A stretch of 64,000 bases of DNA from Trichoplax adhaerens (Eukaryota; Animalia; Placozoa): positions 5,235 through 69,234 of the forward strand of contig NW_002060977.1 of the NCBI RefSeq assembly GCF_000150275.1. Direction: 5' to 3'. Made by a program: the position numbers and the translations under genes. Below are positions 27,801 through 39,800 of this stretch, one piece after another. Position 1 is the stretch's first letter. Each line of letters begins with the position of its first letter. The notes under the pieces are model-generated. The model was given only the letters and a program-made list of their open reading frames with translations. It did no database searches and was not told the origin of the DNA.

Positions 27801-30800
27801 ATCTCATAATGATTGCTTACTAAAATTACTAATCAGAAGTCTATTCAACTCTAAAATAGGACATTAAGTAATAATAAATTTACTGAAATTAACTTCAAAC
27901 AATTTCCAAATATTAAAACTGCTTTCTTGTAAGTATTATTGCTTACAAGACATAATTGCTATTTTTGTCCAACTCTTTGCCGAAATGAGATAAAAAGTTT
28001 TTGTTATTTTAAATGGTTTTGTCAGTGTAAAGTTATGAATCTGAGCTCTTAGATAAGATTTTTAGTATATAAATCTTAAAATAAATAAAAATTTGAATGC
28101 TTTAATCGGACTCTTTGGCATTAATGATATTATCATATCCAAATAATTTAGAGATGGGCTATTTAGTTACTAAAAAACTTATAGATTCAGCAATAATAAT
28201 ATCAAAATATATATCTTCTTTTAAAACTAGGGATTTAAGTTGGAATTACATAACTCATGTCCGTAACTTTGTCTTTATGCCGTCGTTAAATAAACTGTAA
28301 GTAATTTACAACAGCTATCTAGAATTGATAAATTTTAAATTTGCCTAAGCAATTAATAAATGTTATTTATCATTTTAAGTTAAAGTAGTTATTTGTTGGA
28401 ATACTTAGTACAACAGCTCAATAACTAGGATAATCAAACTTAATTTTTATTATTATCAAATTTGTAAGGGATATATCTGCGAATCGATTAGATTCAAACT
28501 CAGTTTTGAATTTGGCAAATTTAACTGGTTTAGAAACAATGTAAGCATACTGTGACTCCTTCAATATAGGCATATACCATATCCTACTAAAACCATTATA
28601 TTCTGTTATGTTTCTCTATTTTCTGCGCTCTGGAAAATATTGCAGCCCGCTTCATGTATTGTATCATTTTTGTTTGATAGAGTTTTAAGCCAAAACCAGA
28701 TTAAAATCATATCGGATTCTTACTTTCATCATTTGGGAACTTTGTCAAGATTGACCACTATGTAGGTTAAAAGTTAATCGAACTGCAATCCGATTTAGGA
28801 TATAACTGTATTATATCCTACCTTACCATATAAATAATTAAACTATGAAATCAGAATTCCATAATGAAAATACTAATTGCTGTCTTGAGAAAAATGGTTG
28901 TATCTGTCTCAAGTTTGTATTACTCTGAGCCATAGTATACGATTGCCACAACCTCATTTGCAACTCAAGAAATCTTCTTTTACTACGTAAACTTTCCTAG
29001 CTCCACTACGAATATTGTATAATTACTATATATATATATACACTATCAGTTATCATACATTAGGCACTTCTACTCAAGTAACTTCGCTATGCTTAGTAGA
29101 TATTCCCTATTCGTATACCGAAGCAAAGTCTACAAGAACACAGTATAGGACATACGTAGAAAAGAATTAACTTATTTTTCTCTCTCTTTGCCTATTTACA
29201 ATATGCTTATGTACTTTCTAAAATTCACAAATAAATTATATTGACATATCTACAATGTCAATTATCACAATATATTTACACAAAGTATTCATTATCACTA
29301 AACTTTAATGCTAAATATCAATTATCACAATATCTTAACACGAAATATCCTATTTTTCTCGTCACAACTATGATATCGTCACAGAGACCAACAAGAATTT
29401 TAGAATCTTTTCCCTTTCATAAAATTTAAGTACAGTACCAGAAATATTAGTGAACCAGAATCACTAAAACTCTATGATTAGCAACTAAAACAATAGATCT
29501 GAAAATAAATAGAGTTTTAGATTGACTTAAGATGACATTACGAGCTCACGCCGATCATAAAGCTTTATAGACGGTAATTAGCATATCCATGTGTGGACGT
29601 ATTTAGTACGGAAATGTCATGAATAATCGCTCATTTTTTTGTATTGTAATTAACAACAACTAAAATTTCTTGTTAAGATCTGACACAACTATCTAAGTGG
29701 CATTAACTATCTAGAACTGCCCTCCTAGATAGACTTAAAAGAATAGTAGCTAGGTGTACAACTTACTTTAGGTTACGACTTTATTTTATCAGTACTTTCC
29801 AGCAATCTAAAACAAAGAGAAAAGCAATAGCAGCCAACTATAACTAGATTTTATACTTAGACTTAAAATAAGATAGCATAAAACAAGTGAACAACAGGCA
29901 TTTAATCAAAAAAGTTTAACGTAGACGTAGCATTAGAAGCATGACAGATTGTAACTTAGTCAAACCGTATTATTAACTTAAGTACTATAAGAAATTATGA
30001 TAAGTTAAAATACAGCTCTTAGTAAGAGCTAGGCAAGAATTTCTGCCTAACACGTATCTAATCTACTGCCATTTAATATTATTGACAGAATTCCTAGTAC
30101 ATCCACTTTATGATTCAATCGACATACATAAAGTATCTTAAATTATGGATATAACGGTAACCCGGCATTGTCCGACAGACGGTTATAACCGATCAATAGA
30201 ATACACGAATGGCACCGCACCAACTTACTACTGTAACTTACTGTCACAAAACAGCTTTGCAACAAGATAACGCAATATACGATCAATAAGTCAATTCCTT
30301 GAACCACGTATCAAGGAACGATATCTGCACTATCACAAACACTTTTGTTCTACTAGCAGACTACACAAAGACTTAAACGCCTCGTATTTTACGTTAAAAA
30401 CTAAGTTGGACAATTCTTCTTTATTTCACGATATACTGCATTTATATACTATTCCTCAATAGTTCATGAGTCATAGTTAATACAATTAACATTAGAATCA
30501 TTTACTGAACTAGATATTAATTTTAGCTACTGCTCCCTTAATGCAGACAACAGTATTTACGAACATAGACATGCAGTGACTAATACAGAATAGTCAGATT
30601 ACGATATGTCCTATCACGGAACATTTCCATGATAATTTACAGTCTACCATAAGTAAATTACAATCACAATGATTGGAACTGTAAGCAGATGATTTGCATT
30701 CCCTATTATAACTATTAATTTCAGTATGTGTATAAGTGTCACTGTCATAAAAAGTCAGTGCTATATTAAAATACAGTATATCCAAATTAGAAGTTAGCTA

Positions 30801-33800
30801 AATAAGGATAGTCTAACAGAATTATCCTAACATAGTTATTTCTGCTGTAATACAGTAAATAACACTGTAACACTTACAAAACAAATCTTTTTTGATTTAG
30901 CGTACAGTGTACACTCTTTTATAAAGCTAATATACGGTATATGTACTTACAATAAGTTGCTGAAACTGTAAATAATATGCTACATGATCAGTATAAAAGA
31001 ACTACTGTAACACAATCTTAATATTGGAAACGTAGTTCCGTAACAATATCACAGTATTTTTATCGATAAATATTGGACAAGTTTTCACTCAGCCTTACTA
31101 TGTGAATTTTAAGTACAGATCTACGATACCTTCGAAAAAAGGGCCTTAAATTAGCAATACTAAGATGAGTACAGAATGATCACTCTAAAGTTATATATAA
31201 TACGCTAAGGGTAATAAAATTAAAGTTATGGCATTAAAATCAGCTCAATATTTGATATATATTGTAGCCCACTTAAGCAGCTATTACTGATATTAACTGC
31301 CTTAATACGATACAGTGAATAAATTAAAACTAAATATATGCTATCATCTATTGAAATACTCATAAAAGTAAGGTAATGGTATTGATGATCTAAATGATTT
31401 ACTTCGCTAAGATTAGCATTATTTATTTGACATAAATTAGACAGCAAACTTATTATCTTTTTAATTGATTTATTCTAGATTTTTAGACCACAATTGGATG
31501 CAGCGTATTGCTAAAGGAGCTTTTAAACATCTTGGTTTGACTAATTTGTTAGTATCTAAATACAAATTAAATTGCATACAATAGAAATGCAATCTACTGG
31601 TTAAATACCAGAACCTATTCGCAATAAGACATTTATTAGCAAAATATAACGTCTACGTGAGGTTTCTTTGGCTTTTAAATATTTTTCAGGCATCTAAGTC
31701 ACAACAATCTAATTCACATTGATTTCTTAAGATCAACAAAACATCTGAAGAAACTGTAAGTAGTAGTCATAAATTTAAAAGCTATGTAGTCTAGATCTTC
31801 CATGACACTCTGAGTTTACCCGTAGCATTAATCATTCTAATCAAAATATGCTTACTAACCACGTATATGTTACGGAGCCATGCTCCGAAATATTAATTGC
31901 TATGTTAATTAAAATATCTCATTTAAATTATTGTTTGCTCCAGTAGCTTATTAGATATTAATATTTATTAATAAGCACTTGTTATTGCCACGGTATCAGA
32001 AAGTTAAATATTGTTGACGTGTCGGAGCTAACACGCTTAGTTAGTAAGCGTTAATTAATAACACCTTAAGTATAAGATCAATTACTTTGCAGAGCCTTGA
32101 GGCTCTAGTTGCTATATTAGGATATGCACACTGTAAGTTATCACAAAACAGCTTTGCAACAAGATAACGTATTGTACGATCATAAGTCAATTCCTTGAAC
32201 CACGTATCAAGGAACGATATCTGCACTATCACAAACACTTTTGTTCTACTAGCAGACTACACAAAGACTTAAACGCCTCGTATTTTACGTTAAACACTAA
32301 GTTTGAGAATCCACTTTATTACACGATATACTGCATTTGTATACTATTCCTCAATAGTTCATGAGTCATAGTTAATACAATTAACATTAGAATCATTTAC
32401 TGAACTAGATATTAATTTTAGCTACTGCTCCCTTAATGCGGACAACAGTATTTACGAACATAGACATGTAATGACTAATACAGAATAGTCAGATTACGAT
32501 ATGTCCTATCACGGAACATTTCCATGATAATTTACAGTCTACCATAAGTAAATCACAAACACAATGATTCGAACTGTAAGCAGATGATTTGCATTCCCTA
32601 TTATAACTATTAATTTCAGTATGTGTATAATTGTCACAGTCATAAAAAGTCAGTGCTATATTAAAACACTGTATATCCAAATTAGAAGTTAACTAAATAA
32701 GGTTAGTCTAACAGAATTATCCTAACATAGATATTTCTACTCTAATACATTATATAGCACTGTCACAACAGTGTAAGTTGCTATATTAAGAATATTCGCT
32801 AGTGTACTATCGGCGTTGGCCGAGACTATAAAAAAAGCCGAGCATTAGCTTAGCTTCTCAGTTCCAGTTAGTCATTTGCAGGATCTTTTGACTATTATTG
32901 CTAAGAATATTCTTACGTTTTTCTTTAGTAAATTTTACGACTAAGGTAAATAAAGTGAAGTATTTAAACCTGTTACTCATTAGTAGCTTATTTGTGTAGC
33001 TGAGAGTTAGTTCAACTACGATAGGTCCCTAAGTTAGTTGGGAGCACGAGTACTAGTGAATTTAGTGTTTAAGATCCAGTTTCTTGTTACAAAGGAGATT
33101 TGTAACAGTATAGCAATCTTTTAAAATCTCCTTTATTAAATTAGGACTAATGTATTTTATAAAAAATTTTTTTAACAATAATTAAGCTATTGATTTCTCC
33201 GCAATAATTTGATAACTTGCATTTAATTTCTTACGCTCGTATCTACTAGCTATTTAAATCATAATCGTATCGAAAAGCTTTCTAGAAAAAATATTATGAA
33301 GCTAAAGCATTTGGAAATCTTGTGAGTTTTATGTTAAGATCCAACAAGATATTATAAAATGCCAATAACGTCTCTAAGAGTCAATGCTTCTTATACTAGT
33401 TCAACTAATCTTATGCAATATTGGCTTATCCATCTTTTTATATTTGAATAAAATAGAGATTTATGTCGAAATAAAATTAATGAAGTTGAGGCAAATTTGT
33501 TTAGTAATCTTCATAAGCTAACACACCTGTAAGTATTTCTCAAATGGAATATTGATTTCAAATAAGTTACATTTTATCACACAACCCTATAAACACTACA
33601 GTATAGCTACATATTTTATGATGATACAATAGTTAATTTATGGAATAAATTTAAGAGTTGCGTTTTAATAAATGTCTTATTCATTTCCAGCAATTTATCT
33701 AGTAACCATCTGATGCAACTTCCAACAGGTATTTTCAGTGGCCTTGAAAAGTTGAATACTCTGTGAGTTATGCTTACTACTTTGAAATAGTTTCAATAAA

Positions 33801-36800
33801 CTAGTTGCTAATGATCTGACTTGGCTAGATCATAATGCCTTTATGTTTCAAAGCTGTAGCTTTATTTATTTGAATATCATTTGCTACAATTTCAATAATC
33901 AAGAATTAAAATCATAGCAATATTTTGGTTTTCATTTCTATTTAGAAAATTAGTAGGTTGTCAAATTGAAAATCTGACAAACCTATTCCCCACTTCTATA
34001 TCTGGATTAAAATATTTGTAAGACACTATGAATATGAAAAAGTGTATGGTGCAATATCTAGCCTTACTCTAATGGATAAATTTTATTTATGGTGGTATCG
34101 CAGATATTTGCAAGATAATATTATCGAACATATCAATATCGATACCTTTATCCACTTGAAAAAGCTAAGTGAATTGTGAGTATGATAAAGTGATGGTGTA
34201 GACAATCAATTGGAACATTATAAATTGACTAGCTTACAGCATGTCGAAGCTAAGAATATTTATTTATTTTTGAAAGAATTGTGAATATGATAGACAATGA
34301 TGTAGACGATAGATCAGATCATGAATTGCTTTAATTTATAGCATTTCGAAGCTTAGAATATTTATTTTTTTAAAGAATTTTGAGTATGATAAGTAACGGT
34401 ATACATAATAAATCTGAACATCATAATTTGCTCTGGCTTATAATATATCAAAGCTAAGAATACTTAATCTAATATACTTAGATATTTGGATAATAACCGA
34501 TTGATATCCAGTAGTGCTAAAATATTCACTCCACTTCGATGGCTAAAAGTATTGTATGTTTCAATTAGAGATATTGCTACTATTGGTAGTGATAATGATA
34601 TTTAACCTTTGTACCGTCATGTAATTTAGGTCCCTTAACAATAACGTCAAATTTGGTAATATCTCACTGAATTCTTTGAGGGATCTGAAAGCATTGATGC
34701 ATTTGTAAATATTAATTTCTTCTAAAATAGATATTTATGACTACGAATTTACTATAAATTTACTATATCTCAAGTAATATAAGCAGCATATCAAATTCAG
34801 AAATTTCACAAATTAGATATAGTTAACTTAATTGTACTCATAGGGTGAAAATATAAGATATTTTTAGAAGTTACAGGCAAGAGATGGTTTTGAATCTATG
34901 AAGTTCACTATAATATGGTAATAAATCTCCTGATAAATATCTACATAGGAAAATTTCAAATGTTGGAAAATTCACAACCGAAAGAGGAACTCATGGTATC
35001 TTTTCAAAGATAGAATCATTGTAAGTAGATTATGATTTCTTAATATGAAATCAAATATGAATTTATTTTTATTTATTTTGCCATTATTGTTGCCTGAAAA
35101 TTTAAGTTCACTGTTAAAAATCTTATCAAATCTTCCATCATTTCCACTAATTCAGGAAAGGCATTTAAATCGTTCAATGACTACAGCTCTTTTTAAATAT
35201 TTCGGCGACATTTCAAAAGCTCTTTTATAAATAAATATCGAAATAGCCCAAATATATTCAAATCAATGATTATTTCTGTAGAAGTAATTCCTAATATGTA
35301 ATCATTTAATATCTTTATTTAAAGATATGGGAATAGAAATACTGTCACGTTTCAATTACTGTAATTAATTTGCTACCTTTTATATTAAAAATGTGATTAT
35401 TTCTTAAGAGTTATGGATAAATTAGCGGATATATACTAAAGCATACTTTGTTTTATTTGCAACTTTTACCAACAATGTTAGGGACATAAGTTATAACAAT
35501 TTGACAAGTAATTCTGGTTCTATGAATTTATTTATTTCGAAAGAACTCAGATCAATGTAAGTATCATAACAACATCTAATAAATTTAATAAAATTTTATA
35601 TATTCTTTAAGTCAGATTATGTCGTTAAAATCTTGCGTATGTGAACCTTATTTACTATAATATAGTTTCTCTACACCTTGTTAAGAGGTCAGTTTGACGT
35701 AAATCAACAATTACTAGGAAATTTTGACGACAAATATTCTTTAATCACGATTGCTATTCTTGTTTATTTAAAAACTGATCAAAGATCATTAAGAAAATTT
35801 AATTATAATCTATGATGTAATCTATTTCTATTTCATCTACAATGGACAGCAATATATCCGGAAATCAGTTGACAAAATTTCCAGATGGAATTGAAATAAT
35901 GCTGCATAAGAAATTACACCACCTGTGAGTAGAGTTTTATCTTTATGATACTATTTAATATGTAGTTGCTATGCACATCTTATCTGCTATGTTAACTATA
36001 GCATTCCTTCCTTAGTAACACCACTTAGTGTCTTATTATTGCGAACTAGGAATACTACTAACCTGCATTGAGAGGTTAAGATTGCTCTTCAAATCCAAGT
36101 TACTGTAAATCGGAATAACAATCAGTTCATAGTCTTATATAGATATGATTAAGCATCGTGACGCCTTCAATCTTGCTAGAAAACCATAATCTACTTTATT
36201 GTCGGCGAAGCTACAGCTTGTTTAAATTTAGATACTTAAAAGTGACCTAACTGTACGAGTCACTTCGCCTTTTAGCAATTAACCAAATTAATGTGTTTGA
36301 GAGTTTTCATTTGTACAGTAAGGATTCAATTCAATCTAATCTTATTATATTTACTGTACTAGTATTAAACCAATCAATTCCTAATCAAAGTTTGAAATAC
36401 ATTAGATTACATTATTAAGATTAGGGTTTGAAGCCCGTAAGAATTTTGTTACCCCTCTTCAATATTGAAATTATCCAGGTGTTCGTGTATTGCACTTGGG
36501 TATGAAAGCCTAAGTTGTAATACCTAATTGAGATACTGCATTTTATCTAAGCTTAGAAGCTACACTTTCAATCTTGACATTGTTTGTGGTAATACATGCA
36601 ATCTAGTAAACTACTAGGTGGTTGCTATTTTAATCCATTTAATTCCAAATTAAGAATTGCTTAAATATCATTCATAAAGCACTACAGTTACACTTCAGTA
36701 GACCGTAAACATTACTGGCATAATAGCATATATCAAACGTAACTACGAAGCCGCGTAAATTTTAAGATTCGTTCAGTATTAATTAATTAAGTAATACTCT

Positions 36801-39800
36801 AGTAATAAGTACAGAAAATATAATTTCATGATGCTTATGATTCTATTCATTAATCGATATAGATTAATTTTTAATTTCTTGAAATAATAAAACAGTCGTG
36901 AGCTACCTTACCAAAGGCCTGGCTTGAACCTTCGCCGACATAATTTCCTTCTTTCTTCCAGTAATTTTTCTGATACAGGTATAAGTGTCAAAGAGATTGA
37001 GAACAACCTTAACGTGCAAATTTCAGATTGCCAAAACATGGATGAATCAGAAAGAATTCAAAATTCTTGTGATTTTACTTTGTAAGAAATGTAACTATAA
37101 TCTTAAAATTAAGCCTTTACATATATGAATCAATATGTTAGCGTTGGATTGACATCACCAATTGAAAGTAATAATAAATTCAGTGTGCAAATAAAATTAT
37201 TAAAGTAAAATACTTAAAATCATACGATAATATACTGTTCAGAAACTTAGCCATTGTAAATATATCCTCTTTTGCAGCGAATCTAATTACTTTAATGTGC
37301 TCATATTAGCGATTTCAGCAAGCTGAAATGGATAAAAATACCAAAAGTAATAAATCATTTCCGATTGCATCTGACCCATTTGTGAGTAATTATAACTATT
37401 CTTAATAATTGTGTTGAATAGCCTTCTTTCAGTAATGAAAGCTAGTAATTATTGAAAAGTTATAACTTTCTATCGTTATTACAGGTATTTAAGCCATAAT
37501 AACTTACAGCGTGTTGATATAAGCAATATCTTTCCTAGCAGCGACACGAGACTACGTCAACTGTACGTACATAGGCGTGTAATATCTTTAATTATTAATC
37601 CCTTCCGATACTTTAACATTTTCTGCAGGCAAATTTTGCTAATAATTTATATCTTAAAGCATGAATTTCCAAATTTAGTAGTATAAATTACAGAAAATTT
37701 TGCGAAACTACCTCCGTAAATATTATTTTGCTTGTTAACAGCCTATTCTTAAATTCATAAATGACATTTTAGTTATTGTAGCAAATGCGCCTAAATATAT
37801 TTCACCATTCCAAATTCACAACTTGAAATTTTACCGTTGAATTACTAAATGCTATTTCTAGTCAAAATCTCTTATTTAAGATACCGTATTTATTTATAGT
37901 ATCGATAGATAAAACTGGTTAACATTATAAGATGTAGATTTTTAAACTAAAAAAGAAGTAGTATCAATTATAAAGAAATTGTACGTTTTACTTTTGCTTG
38001 TAATTGTTGGTTGATATTGTCGTATAAATATGAATGTAAAAGGACATGTATTGCGATTGCACTATTAGCAGTTCAAATTCTTTCTCACTTTTTCTGGGTT
38101 TTAAGAGCATAAAATCATCACTGCTAAGCATATTAATAGTATTTTTATCAACTTTTAAAGATTTACATAAACTTTATAAAGATATACGAATCAATTATAG
38201 TGGAAAAATTTTGATCTTAATTAGTCAAAATATTTACTCTGCCTGCTTTACAGAGACCTAAGTTATAACAAACTAAATTCCTTGACTAACATTCAACGAA
38301 TAACTTTTTCAAATTTAAATGTGCTGTAAGTTATTTATTATTAGGATCTTCTGTTATTGCATAAAAGGAAAGGCGAAAGTAAATACAGCTAACGCTAAGT
38401 TGCTATATTATTGTAATATTTGGACTACCTTATGTTAGAGATGTATCCAACAACAATTTAAGCGACATATGTAGCATTTCATGGGTTGGCTTTGCTGAAA
38501 GCTTAAGGCAATTGTGAGTACTTCTAGGTATTTCGTTAAAGCAACTATGATAAGAATAATATAAATAGCACAGAAATAATACTGTAATCAAATATCAACA
38601 CCAATCTAATGCCTAGCTGGACATCAACACAAATGGCGGTGTACTAGAATCAAATATCTAGATGATTACTCCAATAATAGGCCAATGAGATACCTGCATT
38701 AGGATTTAAAGCAAACAGTTTCAATTTAAACAATCTTCCTCTCTTGTATCCTAGACCTACTCTTAAACTTAGATATTCTTACATATTTATGCCAAAGTAA
38801 TTAATGTGATTGTAGTAGTTAGTCAATGATCAATAAAAATTTTAGTCGTTGATTGCGAGCGATAATCATAATATGAAATGTAGCTCACAAATACAAATAT
38901 GAGGCGAAAAATAGTGAATCCTATATAATACTAACGTTTCTTTAAGATCAGGATTTCATTATTGCAGAAAATTTATCATTAATCAAACCTAAAGATTTAC
39001 TTATTGCCTTACCTATAGAATACTATTAAATATTTTCGTTCAATTTTATACTATGATAAAGATATTTGGACCGAAACAATATTAACACACTAAAAGAGAC
39101 TTGTTTTCAAGGATTAAATAAACTGTATTCGATGTAAGTTATGTTTGTAATATCGCTTATTACGTAGAGCAGATAGTGGAGATTAGCCTTTGCGTGTTCA
39201 ATGCTTTAAATTGTGTTATAAATTTTAGAAGCCTTAAAGAAAATTCCATACCATATGTAGCAAAAGAAACATTTTATCGCGTACCAGGACTTATAAAATT
39301 GTAAGTAGCAATGTGCCGTAAACGGCTTCATGACGATATCTGTAATAAAGTAATACACCCTACCTTCATAGCTTAAGTTTTGAAAAAAATCGACTTTCAA
39401 ATATTGCTATAGATGGTACTTTACTATTTCATTAAGATATGATACATGCTTTCAACAAATGGTATGCACTTCAATATTTCTGAAAATATAACAAACTAGT
39501 TCTATCGCAAAATAACGAGCAAGCCATGTCTACAAATCTTCTCACTAAACCTTCTATCAGGGCACTGTTCTGTTTAAAGAAATATTTGAAAAAAATTATG
39601 CACATTGCTTAGTTTTTTGGTGCGCTATGTCAACAAGAATACGATTAGGTAATAAAAGTACTCTATCCATATCTTTTTTTCAGGCAAAGTTCCTTCACTA
39701 AAGTTGCCTATAGCTAAAATGTCGATACAGTGGATTCTGCCTTATATAATTTTACCGTTATGGAAACTCGTGCGAATTTTGATCACACTCATGTTCGCAC

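Noticed and set aside
30594-30785. 63-aa ORF repeated three times (also 32489-32680 and 59942-60133) as a small-protein family
   Set aside because: Lies inside copies of one solo LTR and starts at TTG; conservation reflects recent transposition.
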